From Stegostoma tigrinum (lineage: Eukaryota), in the NCBI RefSeq assembly GCF_030684315.1, contig NC_081380.1:44294771-44358770 (forward strand): a stretch of DNA of 64,000 nucleotides. The letters run 5' to 3'. The notes beneath the pieces are model-generated. The model had not been told where the DNA came from, did not search any database, and was given only the letters and a program-made list of their open reading frames with translations. This document shows positions 12,942 through 25,315 of this stretch, in pieces (the stretch's first letter is position 1; each line of letters starts with the position of its first letter). Both the position numbers and the translations under genes were made by a program.

Positions 12942-13932
12942 GATGGTGGCAGAGTAGCAGGGCTGCATGCGAGCTCTTGAGCCCAGGGCCTATCCTCTCC
13001 TGTCTGCTTTCTTATTTTCTTCTCTTTTTACTTCTGCTCCTTTTCTTTTTTTTCCTTTTTGTTTCTTCATTTGCTTGTCTTTTCTTTAAAGCTTTTAGCA
13101 ATGGATTAATTGTCAGCATCAGCACAGCAATGAGAGTGTGCCACATGTGAATGACAGCAGCCTACTGGCGGTTAGAGGTGGCAGCAGCGATGGCAGCAAG
13201 AACATCCTCATAGCATTCAGAGCCAGGGGCAGCAATCTCCAGCAATCAGAGGTGGTGGTGGCAGCAGTGGATCTTTAAAGATGGAGATGCTGGCAGGGCA
13301 ACATCTTGGAGGTGGTAGGCTGGAGTGGTCCTCTTGGTGTGGCGGCCTGGTCTGGCAGCAGAGCTGGGGAATCCTGGCCGCAGGATGAGTGGGTTTAGCA
13401 GAGCTCCAGCGAGGTGAGCCCAGTGGTGAAGAGGTGACATCTAAAGAGTGGTGGCTCTGGCGTAGATTGCAGTGGAAGCATGGTTTAGGGCAATGCAAGT
13501 CAACTGCATTGCTGAGGTTCTGGAGTCACACGTAGGCCAGAACAGGTAGTTTCCTTCCCTGAAGGACAACTGTGAACCAGACAGGTTTTTCTCGACAATT
13601 GACAATGGATTCATGGTCATCATTAAAGTCTTAATTCCAGATTTTTAGTGAATTCATATTCCACCGTCTGCTGTGGTGAGATTCGAACCCAGATCCCAAA
13701 AAAATTCTGTAGGTCTCTGGATTAAGAGTCCAGCGATTACACCACTAGGCCACTGACTCATGGCAGAGGAAATGGAATGAAGATAGACTCTCTTTCAGTT
13801 ATATCTTTTTATTCTTAACCTATTCAAAATAGCGTCAGATTACGGTGATGGTTAAAGTTTTTTGTCATGTTCCACCGTATTATCCACTATACAATTCAAG
13901 TGACAATAAATCATTCAATTCAATTCAATTCA
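12942..13932 (+). mobile_element. Non-coding insertion with YY1-like start and Rex1-like (AATTC)n tail
   Basis: Starts (caa)gatggtggc; ends gtgacaataaatcattcaattcaattcaattc; flanked by aactttcaa (12933-12941) and aagtttcaa (13933-13941); host CR1 continuous across it. Confidence 0.6.
13500..13757 (-). mobile_element. tRNA-derived SINE (same family as 55668-55995)
   Basis: Rev. comp. head gtggcctagtggtgtaatcgctggactcttaatccagag...gggttcgaatc; body ggcctacgtgtgactccaga. Confidence 0.7.
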
Positions 13933-15262
13933 AAGTTTCAATCATATCCTCCCTCATCCTTCTAAATTCATCCAGTACAGATCCAGAATCTTCAACTGCT
14001 CCTCATATGACAAGCCTGCCATCCCTCCTCTGGACCTCCTCTGAAGCAAGCACACCCTTCCTTAGATACAGGGCCCGAAACTGCTTTCAATATTCCAAAC
14101 GTGATCAAACCAAGAGCCTCAGCAGAACATCTCTGCTCTTGTATACTAGCCCTTTGAAATGAATGTTAATATTGCATTTGCCTTCCTAATTGCAACCTTA
14201 ACAGAATCCTCAACTAGGACTCTCAAGTCCCTTTGTGCTTCAGAATTCCAAGGCCTTTTCCCATTTAGAAAATGTTCTATGCCTCTATTGTTCCTACCAA
14301 AGTGCATAACCTCACACTTTCCCACCTTGTATTCCATCTGCAACTTCTTTGTCAATCCTCCTGGCCAGGCCTTCTGCAGCCTCCCCACTTCCTCAACAAC
14401 TATCTGCCCCTGCACCTATCTTTATGTCATCTGCAATCTTAGCAAAAATATCCTCAGTTCCTTTTTCCAGATTGTTAATCTATAATATGAATAGTTGTGG
14501 TTCCACCTCTGAACCCTGCAGAACTCCACTAGTCATTGACTGCCATCCTGAAAAAGGCCCCTATATCCCTACTCTCTGCCTTCTGCCAATCAGCCAATCC
14601 TTTGTCTATGCAAGTATCTTGCCCTTAACATCATGAGATCTTATCTTATTTAGTAGTCTGCTGTGTGGCACCTTGTCAAAAGCCTCTGGAAATCCAAATA
14701 GATCACTTTTGATGACTATCTTTGTCTAACTTGCTCATTATTTTCTCAAAGAATTTTGGCAGATTTGTCAGGCATGACCTCCCCTTGATGAAGTCATGCT
14801 GACTCCGCCCTGTTTGGCACCTCACAATCTCCTCCTTAACAATGGATTCTAACATCGTACCAATGACCAAGGTCAGGCTAACTGGCTTATAATATACTGT
14901 CTTTTGTCTCTCTCTTCTTAAACAGCGGTGTTATTTTGGCCATTTTCGAATTCTCTAGGACCTCCCTCACTCCAGTCATTCCCGAAAGATCACAATTAAT
15001 GCCTTCATAATCTCCTCAGCGATCTCCTTGAGAACTCTGGTTCAGATGATTTATCCACTTTCTGACCTTCCAGTTTCCTCACCTCCTTCTTCTTAGTGAT
15101 GGTCTCTACACTCATTTCGGTCCCCTGACTCTCTTGAATTTCTGGTATACAACTGGTGTTTTCCAATAACAAAATGGATGCAAAGTACCTCTTCATTTCC
15201 TCCATCGTTTCTTTGTTCCCTGCTACTACTTCTCCAACCTCATTTTCTAGTGATCCGATGTC

Positions 15263-15332
15263 CACTCTTGCCTCTCCCATATCTTTTACATATCTAAAAA
15301 GATATGTAAAAGATATGGGAGAGGCAAGAGTG
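15263..15332. repeat. Perfect inverted repeat, 33-bp arms, 4-nt loop
   Basis: cactcttgcctctcccatatcttttacatatct-aaaa-agatatgtaaaagatatgggagaggcaagagtg. Confidence 0.95.
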
Positions 15333-16402
15333 ATCTTCTTTTATATCACAAGCTATCTTACTCTCATATTTCATCTTTTCCCCTCTTACTGCTTTTCTAG
15401 TTATCTGGTTATTACAGGCTTCCCAATCTTCTACTTTCCTACTAACGTTCATCACATCGTACCCTTTTCCTTTTGCTTTTATAGTGTCCTTGACTTTCCT
15501 TATCAGCCATGGCTACCTCATCCTCCCCTTAAAGTGTTTCTTCTTCCTTGGGACAAATTTCTGCTGTGCATCCCGAATTACCCCAGAAACTCCTGCCATT
15601 GCTGGTCCAGCATCTTCCCTGCTAGGCTTCCCTTCCAATCAATTCTGGCCAGCTCCTCCCTCATGTTGTTGTAGTTACCTTTACTTAATTGCAATAACTG
15701 TTACTTCTGATTCCTGCTTCGCCCTCTCAAATTGCAGGGTGAATTCGATCATATTATGGTCATTGCCCCCAGGGTCTCTTGCATCTTCAGCTTCCTAATC
15801 ACATTTGCCTCATTACACATCACTAAATTCAGAATTGCTTGTTCCCAAGTGGGCTATATCACAAGCTGCTTCAAAAGGGCCATCTTGTTGACATTCAACA
15901 AATGCCTTTTCTTGAGATCCACTCCCAACCATGATTATTGTAGTAATGCTTTCACGACATGCTTTTTCTACCTCCTGGTTGATTTTCTTCCCCACATCCT
16001 ACCTACTGCTAGGAAGCCTGTACACAACCCCTATCAAGGTCTTCTTGCCTTTGCGGTTCCTCAATATTACCACACAGATTCTATGCCTTTAAACTTTATG
16101 AATCACTTCTCACTATCAATTTAATTCCATTTCTTTCAAGGCAACTCCAACCCCTCTGCCCAACCTTTCGATAAGACATGCATCCTTGGATAATTAGTTA
16201 CCAGCCCTGAGCCCCTTGCAGCCACATCTCCATAACATAGTATCTGCCAATTTCAATCAGCACTACAAGCTTATTTATCTTGTTTCATATACTATGTGTA
16301 TCCAAGTACTAACACTCAAGTCCTGCATTGAATGTTTGTTTTCGTATTTGCTGTGCCTGAAATTAGGTTCCTGACCCATTCCATACATTCTGTCATACAT
16401 TT

Positions 16403-16632
16403 AGAGAGTCATATAGCACAGAAACAGACCCTTCGGTCAAACTTGTCCACGCCAACCAGGCTTTCCAAACTAAAGTAGTCTCACTTGCCTGCGTTTAGTC
16501 CATATCCCTCTTTCCTATTGATGTACCTGTCCAAATGTATTTTAAATGTTGTAACTGCACTGAATGTACTGTTTCCCCGGCAGTTCATTCCACATGAAGA
16601 CTACCCTCTGTGTGAAAAAGTTGTCCCTCACC
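16403..16632 (-). mobile_element. HER1/CR1 3' end fragment
   Basis: agagtcatatagcacagaaacagacccttcggtc...gtgaaaaagttg matches 2290-2520. Confidence 0.8.
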
Positions 16633-16679
16633 TAGAAGGCATGATTTTACCAGCATGCTGGGACTTGGGGTGCTGAGTA

Positions 16680-16912
16680 TTTATAGACTGAAGGATGGAC
16701 TTTGTAGATTTGTTACTGTGGCAGCGAAGAATCATGGCAGAGGTGAGGAGTGATTCGAACATTTCCCTTTCTTTTGGCTCTTTCTTTTCTTTCTCCTTCT
16801 GTTTTTAATTCTGTTGTATACTAAGATTGCGTGAGAGAATGGCAACTTTGTATACTTTTCACTCCACTCCTGTACTCCTGTACTCGAGTACGCGTGATAA
16901 TAAAATCTAAAT
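16680..16912 (+). mobile_element. Rex1-like 3' tail fragment
   Basis: ttttcactcc..ctcgagtacgcgtgataataaaatctaaa resembles the tails at 13860-13932 and 50255-50352. Confidence 0.4.
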
Positions 16913-17118
16913 TTAAGGTGAGAGGAGTAAGATTTAAAAGGGACCCGAAGGTAGTGAATCTGTGGAACTCTTTACCAAAGAGGACTCTCGAGGCCAGGTT
17001 AAAAAAGGAGAAGGCAGGAGAATGGGCTTGAGAAACAAATCAGTTGTGATTGAATGGTGGAGCAAACTTGATGGGCCAAATTGCCTAATCCTGCCCCTAC
17101 ACCTTATGGTCTTATAGT
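16912..17118 (+). mobile_element. CR1 3' end fragment
   Basis: FKVRGVRFKRD..VVNLWNSLP followed by 3' UTR gaatggtggagcaaacttgatgggccaa. Confidence 0.7.
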
Positions 17119-17524
17119 TATTTGGTGTTTCTCTTGAAATGAATCAGATTTGGAAGGTGTGAGGTGGCAGATAACTGCCTCAGTTCAACACTGTGCTTCA
17201 ATCAAGCACGGGTTTATCAGTTCAAGTCAGTGAATTCAAGCCAAGAAAATTACTTGGATTTTAAACAAGGAAACATGCAATTTAAAACATAACGTAAATG
17301 TGATACGGTCACATTTAAAACCGAATTTTGAATGTGGATAAGAACCTTCCGTCCTGAAGACCTGAAACAAAACAAGATAGTGGCGGACATCCACAGGCGG
17401 GCACAAGATGCAGGAAAGAGTAAAGAGTAGGTCATATTCTAGGATGTACTTGAAATGTTAACCTTCATTTCATTTAAATACAGACTGGTCTTGCATGTTC
17501 TATGTATATCCCAGTGAAAGTGAT

Positions 17525-17908
17525 AAAGAACTTCCATTTATGTACAGCCCTTCAACTTCATGCTCAGGACGTCATGCAACTTGTAACAGCCAGTTAATTA
17601 CTTAATTGGTCAATTCCCATGGTTGCATTCTAAGAAATGCAACAGAAAATTTGTGCACAGCAAGCTCCCACAATGCAATATCACTCATTTCATCTGTTTT
17701 CTTGGTGTTAGTTGAGGAATAAATAAAGGGCTCTTCTCTGAAATAATATCAAGGAACATTTTACACTGGCTAACAGAGCAGATGGGGTTCTCAATTTAGT
17801 TTCACATCTGAAAGATAGCACTTTCATAGGACTGCACTAGAGTGTTAGCTGCTTCAGTGGTACAGGCTCTTGACTGAGGGGTGAAAATGCTACCAACTGA
17901 GTCAGAAT
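17525..17908 (-). mobile_element. DeuSINE-like (SacSINE1/AmnSINE1-related) remnant
   Basis: Rev. comp. contains gtgggagcttgctgtgcacaaatt, atttattcctcaact, ctttcagatgtgaaac and a tRNA-like head. Confidence 0.65.
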
Positions 17909-18916
17909 GAAAAGTGCATTTCAGCCAGTTGTAGATTCTAATGTGCTATTCACTCTTGGTTTTATTTTAAAACCCTAGTTCCGTTCCAACTCTCCAGATG
18001 CAAATGTGTTTCTGATCCAGGCTGTATCACATCAAGTTTGCACATCGCTCCTTTTAAATTCACTGCTTGCCAAAACCAAATTTCTGCTGTTCTGAAAAAG
18101 TAGCATTAAAAAAAATCTCTTGGCGCGACAGACAGCAAAGAACTAGCTGAATACTCTGAACAATTGCTGTTAAATTTTGTCAAAAGACCCAAATCTAATT
18201 TTATGTTGATGCCTGGAATTTAATCATTTTTCTGAGGGAGGTTCTGAGTGGAAAGATCTGTAATTGAAGTGGTTAATTGAGATGTTTGCATTTTGGAAAG
18301 CTTTCACTACATATACTATGGTCTCCAGTGCACCAGTTGCAGGAGCAAGAGGCAGCTGGATGAGAAAGGAGGGCATGTCAATTCTAATCAGCAGGGATGG
18401 CTTTTCACTGCAGCTATTTGCAACCCTCTAAGGAGCCACAGAGGCTGCCCATTAAAACCCTGTTAAAACACTTCTTATGTTGTTGGTAGCAGACAGCAGG
18501 AATAGTGAGGAGAAGGCTGTACCCTCTCTGCCTAAAGCTGTTCACTGGTACTGTCAATACTATAAGCAGTAAGGTGCAAGATGAACAACAACCTAATTCC
18601 TCCATCAAAGTTTTATAAGCTCCCTGGGCGAGAGATTCGTGGGTGATCTGAAAAACCAGCAGTTCAATGCTCTCACAATGACCTTCTGCTCTGAACTGTT
18701 CAAGTTCTTTTTTGAGCAAGGTTCATTTCTTTTCCTCCAGCCTTCTTTTAAAAAGAAAGGACAAAGATTTTAAGTCTGCAGTCTGATGGCTACAATTTCA
18801 TGATTCTGAGAGATGTTATCAAATAAATTAAAAATTGTAAGAATAAATAAAGCCACATCAGCAAAATAGCCAGTGATACAAAACCTACATAAAACACAAC
18901 TTTGGTTAAATGGATC

Positions 18917-19042
18917 AGTGATAATGGGAACTGCAGATGCTGGAGAATCCAAGATAATAAAGTGTGAAGCTGGATGAACACAGCAGGCCAAGCAGCATCT
19001 CAGGAGCACAAAAGCTGATGTTTCGGGCCTAGACCCTTCATC
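18917..19042 (-). mobile_element. Solo Penelope pLTR end (family A), truncated in the hammerhead core
   Basis: Near-exact reverse complement of 31169-31293. Confidence 0.9.
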
Positions 19043-19079
19043 TGGGCCATGTTCAGGTGCAGAAAAACAAACCGATGTC

Positions 19080-19430
19080 CCTTAGTATTTGATATTTACA
19101 CCCTGGAAATAGACCCTGATCAGTCACCCATATCCAAGCCTTTCACTGTTTTGTAAACTTGAATCAAGTTCTCCCTCAGCCTCTGACATTCCGGTGAAAC
19201 AATGTAAGTTTGTCCAACCTCTCTTTATGGCTAACGGACTCAAATCCAGGCAGCATCCTGGCAAGCTTCTTTTGCACCTTCTCCAAAGCCTCCACATCCT
19301 TTCCATAATGTGGTGACTAGCCTGCACAAAGTACTCTAAATGTGACCTAACTAAAGTTTTATACAGCTGCAACATAATTGCCAACTTTATACTCAATGCC
19401 TCAGCTGATGAAGGCAGACATACCTAATGG
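19080..19430 (-). mobile_element. CR1 ORF2 C-terminal fragment
   Basis: MLQLYKTLVRSHLEYFVQ on the minus strand. Confidence 0.8.
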
Positions 19431-19871
19431 TGGAATACAGTCAATAGTAATGGCAGAGCGGGACTCACCGCAACCTGTAGCAGGTTCTCACGTTTATGTG
19501 CCATGAATACTCATTAGTATTAACATTTTTAAAATGATGTACTATCTTTAACATAAAAGTCAACAGCAAAAAGGAATCTCACGGCATTCAGATCATGCTC
19601 ATTAAAGGATTGTGTGCAAGTCAGCTTTGTGCAGTTTGCCTGAGGTCAGTGGTTTCCCTTGGTGAACTATGTAGTAAAGGATTGGGGGGGCGGGGGGACG
19701 ATATCAGTAGAATAGCTGAACGACTTCTTGCATGGAGGCTTTGGACTGGCAAGGCAGAGTCTTGCTGAGGCAAGGCTAGTGGAGTGAAGAATCTGGGGTT
19801 CGGGGCATGGAATTGTGGAAAAGGATAGGTATGGTGTCCTCAGGTGATGGCAAATTGTGGGAACAGCCAGT

Positions 19872-20192
19872 CAAGATTAGATTAGATTCCCTGCTGCGTG
19901 GAAACAGGCCCTTCAGCTCAACAAGTCCACACTGCCCTTGAAGCATCCCACCCAGACCCATCCCCCTATAGCCCACACACCCCTGAACACCACGGGCAAT
20001 TTAGCATGGCCAATCCACCCAGCCTGCAGATCTTTGGACTGTGGGAGGAAACTGGAGCACCCGGAGGAAACACACGCAGACACAGGGAGAATGTGCAAAC
20101 TCCACATAGACTGTCGCCCGAAGCTGGAATCGAACCCAGGTCCCTGGCGCTATGAGGCTGGAGTGTTAACCACTGAACCACCGTACTGCCCC
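19872..20192 (-). mobile_element. HE1-type V-SINE, full length
   Basis: Head gggcagtacggtggttcagtggttaacac..gggttcgattcc, core, HER1 tail and (AATCT)n end. Confidence 0.92.
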
Positions 20193-21611
20193 TAGGCAAA
20201 AAATTTAAGGATCTAAGTTATGGCAGTACTGTCTACATGGGGGTCCATCTCAAGGTCTTGGATAGCATAATTCTTACAAGGCTCTCAGATAACCCACAAT
20301 ATTTCAATTATTCCTACTGAGAATGATCTTAGAAAATGATTTTTTAAAATCTAAAGATGAAATGGCAAGCTGGGCCTGAAAATTCAGTCATGCACCCCAG
20401 CATGGCACTCACAACTAGACACTAACCTGAATTCATTCAAAAAGACAGAATGCTGAAATGTATCATCACTTCTTCAGCAAGAAAGTAAATCTCTCATTCT
20501 TCTGCAAACATCTGTGTGAACCAACCAAATGTGCCAGCACATTTGCTCTCTGACTAAGCTAGTCACAACAAAAAATGATGATAACATATGAATGATGCAA
20601 AACTAAAGTAATGTGAAATATTTACAAGTGAGGTTTAAATATGAAAAACACATTCTACCATTTTTGCTCTGAACAATACTTATGCTAATGGCAAGAGAGT
20701 TGGACAGGAAAGTTGTAGATGTGACAAAGAGCATCCTTGCCTATTAGGAGGTGCTTTTATAACCTGCCATACCTGCTGCATTGACATTTGATGGTGGGTA
20801 CACCACTGAAAAGCTCTCTCCTCCGTGTGTTTGCATGCATCTCCCCTGTACATTTACAGCAATTTTCAATTAGAGTTATATGGGAGCCAGCAGTAAGGAA
20901 GCAAGCAGAAGTGGTGCCCACTACCTGTTCTGCCATCAGGAATGGCATGCCACGGATCATATTCTGTCTAATGTGTGAAGAGTTCTCTGACATCAGCTCT
21001 AACTTTGCTTTTCACTAGCCTAAACCAACAATCCCTTGTCCTATGTTATCAATTGTATTTAAAGTAAAGCTTGGATTTTACTTCAGTACAGCTTTTATTA
21101 TTTCGTATCCCTCTACAATATCACCTTTCAACACTCCCTTCCAGGATGTAAAGCTAGAGCTGCTCTGGGCTTTCTTCAAATTCCTGATCTCTGAAAGGCT
21201 CCTCGATTGCACTGATATTACAGGTATGCAGAAATGATAGACTGACCCTGTTATTTGACTCTATCTTTACAGACTAACAATTCAAATGTAGAGAGGTTTA
21301 CTATCTCATTGAACACAACATTGTTAAATATAAAGAAAGGGGTTATAAAATTCTTGCAATTCACATTTAAATTTTGTGAAATCTTACTTTATGTTGATGG
21401 AAGCTGTTCTGGATCTGGATCACTGGGTCTGAATTAATTTTCAAATTTTTTGGCTTCACATTCACAATACAGATTCACCTTTTCAATCCTCTTTTTCAGT
21501 CATTACCAAAGGTTGAAATAGAGGAACTGAAAATTTTTTTTTTTGAAACCTGTACTTGCGGCTGGCTGTTTTTTAGAAACGTAACAACAGGGGTGGACCA
21601 TTTAGCCTATC

Positions 21612-21942
21612 GTGGGCAGCACAATCAGTCAGTGGTTAGTAGGTTATCACTTCTGCCTCACAGTGCCAGGGGCTGGGTTGGATTCCAGCCTCAGACAACT
21701 GTGCAAACTCCATATTGACATTCTTCTTCTGTCTCATTGGATTTTTGGCAGCTGCTCCAGTTTCCTGCCAATCCAAAATGTGGAGGATAGTTGGATTTGT
21801 CATGTTAAATTTCCCCATAGTGTCCAGGTGTGGATAAGCCATGGTAAATGTGGGGTTACAGGGATAGGGTGGGGGTCTGGGTGGAATGCGTTTCAGAGAG
21901 TCAGTGATTCTGCTCTTTCTGCTCTGTAGGGATTCCATGATC
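21612..21942 (+). mobile_element. HE1-type V-SINE, older copy
   Basis: cagtggttag..ctgcctcacagtgccaggg..tgctccagtttcctgcc..ctgtagggattccatga. Confidence 0.8.
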
Positions 21943-24262
21943 AGGCCCGTTATTCCATATCAAATAATGGTTGATCCATTTCTAAACTTATTTTGGTTCT
22001 AAGACCTTTAATACCATTTGCTATCATAATTTTCGGTTCAGTCCCTTCCCTCAACAGTTTCTTGTGGCACTGAGTTCCAGAATTCCACTTCCTTGTGTGC
22101 GGAAGTGGTTCCTGACAGCACCCCTGAACTGCCTAGTTCTAAGTTTAAAGTTGTGCTCCCTTGTCGGAAATTGCACCCTCTTCCCGGTTTTCTTCAATCA
22201 CAAGGCAAGTGTTAGATTTCTGTTCCTAACTGGCTTGCCCTACAGCTGTGCATCCTGCAGTCTTGCCATCACCTTGACTTGATGAGTTTTGATTTCTCCT
22301 GATGCTGAATGAGCCCGGAGTTTACAGACAGACTGGGTTTATTCAGTACAGCTTGTCTCCAGAGTTGAAATGTTTATGAGTGGAACTGCTTAGAAATCAA
22401 CAGTCCAGATAAATATTTCTTCAAAAATTAAAGTTAGAAAACCACAAATGAAACAAGGCAAGAGGAAAGAAAACTCAGACTGCTCACATAGCTGCCATTT
22501 TGGGAAACAGAAGATACTACTTAAGCTGCCACTCTAAGTAGAGCCACAATCACTGGCAATTAGCTGCAGTCTTTGAAAGGTCAAAGTACTAGCTCCCTGT
22601 AGATCTCAAACACCAAGGCTTGGGAAGTTAATTTAGTGCCAGCCACATTGGAAGAAAAGCTAGGAATAACATTCCCCTATCAAGCATTTCTGAGATTATA
22701 CTTACATAGGAATTCATACTTCAAATAAAGTTGGTTTTAATCCTGTTCCAAAGTGGATTTTATTAGACCCAGCACATTCCAGGATATTAAGATTCAAAGC
22801 AAACCCCGATGATAGGTTCAATGACAGAGTTAAGGCAGGTCAAATTGTTGCATTCACTATGATTTCTATTTCTTGAACAACCCTAATCTTCCATTTAAAT
22901 GCTATGCTGTTAGACATCCATTTTCTGTTATACATTCAGCTTCCTGTTACAGGGTTCATGATCTCCCACCATTTTGTTGGGGCAATGCAGGATCCCAGGC
23001 TGCTTGCCCCATGTGTGTGTTGTCCAACAATATTTCTCTTTTACCAGTAAGGAAATTGAGAGGGAAAGAATACTGTTTTCAATGCAGTACTTACATGCAT
23101 CATCGCTTGATGCATTACTGAGCCATTCCAGGGATCTTAGAAATGAACTAAAGGATGGAAAAATATAACTTAGCCCATCAAACACTTTAATTCATGCAGA
23201 CCACACTTCAATTCAGTCTACCTATGTCAAACTCAGTTCCAAGGGTGCCAAGCCAAATTTTTTTGGGGAAATGGGTTGCAGGTGAATTAAAAAATAATAT
23301 AAACATTTGAGGTCCAACTTAAAATTCACAACTATCTAAAAGAATTAAACTTAATAAAAAATCACATTAATTATAAAAGCACAGCACTTATTATGTGGCA
23401 AATAAAAAGCTCAGTAATTTCACGAGAAACGTTTTAACATTATTTTTGCATTGAATTAAATAACTGTGCTCTAGCATTGGAAGGTGTGTGAGTATGTACT
23501 CCCACACAGTTGTGTAAAAGTAGCATTGAGGGGGTTCATAGGCTCAACAGCCACAAACAACTTACTTTTCGTGACTGATGATGATTCCAAAAGAGCAAAG
23601 GTCCGCCATAGACTGTAAATTTCAAACCTAACCCTTGCCAGTGAATAGATGGAGACAGGCAAGTTCCTAGGATAAAATCCTGTTTCTCTTCTTTTAACTG
23701 ATCCCAACAGATAACAGATAAGAGGAATATTTCTGTAATCAGGTCCAAGTGTGTGTTTTGAATATTTTAGCCTTGATTCGTGATGCAGGGCACAGAAATT
23801 ATACTGACACCCGTGAGACTACATCCTATTGTGAGGTAGGACCCTCTGAATAGGAGATGGAGACTGGAATAGGAATTGCAACTCATGTCAGTGTAACCAA
23901 TATCAAAACTGTCAGTCTCACAAGGCTATGTGCAAGATTCGCTGAAGCAGTTTAAAATCTGTTGCCTGAGATCAACCTTATTCTAAAATGTTCACAGTGC
24001 TGCTTAAAAGTATTTCACATCCTTTGAAGACCCAAGTTCATTTGCCATTTCCATGTCACGTATTCTGTAATACAACATCCATGGACACACCACTGGTTTG
24101 CAGAACTAAATTAGGTAAGTGGGCAAAATGTTGGCAAATGGAATGTGTTGGAAAATGTGGAGTTGTTCACTTTGGAAGAGAGAAATTCTCCAGTAAAATG
24201 AAGAAAGCTGAAACACATAGGAACTTGGGAGTACTTGTGAACAAAATACAGAAAGCCAGCAC

Positions 24263-24571
24263 ATAGATTAGATTCCCTACAGTGTGGAAACAGGCCCTTC
24301 GGCCCAACGAGTCCACAGCGCCCTTGAAGAATCCCACCCAGACCCATCCCCCTATAACCCACACACTCCTGAGCACTACAGGCAATTTAGCATGGCCAAT
24401 CCACCTAGTCTGCACATCTTTGGACTGTGGGAGGAAACCGGAGCACCTGGAGGAAACCCATGCAGACATGGAGAGAATGTGCAAACTCCACACAGTCGCC
24501 TGAGGCTGGACTCGAACCCGGGTCCCTGGTGCTGTGAGGGTGTAGTGCTAACCACTGAGCCACTGTGCCGC
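24263..24571 (-). mobile_element. HE1-type V-SINE, full length
   Basis: Aligns end to end with 19872-20192. Confidence 0.92.
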
Positions 24572-24776
24572 AAGTAATCAAGAAGGCTAATGGAATATTG
24601 TTCTCTACTTTAAGGAGGTTGGAGTTTAACAGTAGGAAAGTTCTACTGTAATTGTACAAGGTGTTGGTTAGACCACATCTGGAGTACTGTGAGCAGTTTT
24701 GGTCTCTTTATTTAAGAAACAATATTATTTCATTCGAGGCAGTTCAAAGAAGGTTCACTAGGATGATTCCTGGTAT

Positions 24777-24847
24777 CACACGACACCATGTTATAGTTCA
24801 GCAGGTTTACCTGAAGACACAAGCTTCTGAAGTCTCCACATCATAGG
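24777..24847. mobile_element. Penelope pLTR family C remnant
   Basis: cacacgacaccatgttatagttcagcaggttta matches 11942-11975; flanked by ttcctggtat (24767-24776) and ttcctcgtat (24848-24857). Confidence 0.6.
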
Positions 24848-25264
24848 TTCCTCGTATGGTATTGTCTTATTTGCAGACGTTAAACAGGTTGGGACTCTAT
24901 TCCTTGAAATTTAGAAAAATGTGAGGTGATCTCATTGAAACAGGAGCTGAATGGTCTATTCCTGTTCCCATTTCTTATGATCTTTTCATCTAAAGCTGCA
25001 CCTAGACCACAGAAGTGCACAAATCAGAAAACAGAAAATAAACTTAAAATAGGTAACATTACTGAAATGTGTTTCCCCTTAAAAAAACCTCCACATTATA
25101 ACTACAAGGCTTCCATCTCAATTCCACAGCGACTGTACATTCATCCCCTCCCCAACACCACCCTGACCGGTGTCCCCTCTTCTCCTGATGCAGTCATACA
25201 GTGTGCCTACTGGGAGCAAGTTGCTTCACAGGAAGAATATAGAAGAAATGCTAGACTGCTTAAT

Positions 25265-25315
25265 CTGACCTGACATGCTGTCTCTAGCTAGAGAGAAACT
25301 TAGCATGTCAGTCAG
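25265..25315. repeat. Nested inverted repeat in unique sequence
   Basis: ctgac(c)tgacatgct ... agcatgtcagtcag outer arms enclosing the 14-bp palindrome tctctagctagaga. Confidence 0.7.

Larger units (their letters stand above)
12585..16395 (-). mobile_element. Decayed CR1 LINE, interrupted at 12942-13932
   Basis: 3' UTR at ~12585-12720; minus-strand pieces LQMEYKVGKCEVMHFGR, KVDKSSEP and APE remnants ~15800-16300. Confidence 0.88.
24095..24982 (+). mobile_element. CR1 3' fragment carrying two nested insertions
   Basis: KWAKCWQME..GKCGVVHFGR and LYKVLVRPHLEYCEQFWS..QRRFTRMIPG. Confidence 0.8.

Noticed and set aside
20100-20192. tRNA gene
   Set aside because: A/B-box-like sequence is the head of a HE1 SINE and continues into SINE body; same for the other copies
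23565-23615. Minus-strand 47-nt exon (acag...gtaagt); similar candidates near 17361, 31429, 38620 and 57140
   Set aside because: Splice-like signals of this strength occur by chance, and the pieces do not join into a recognisable protein
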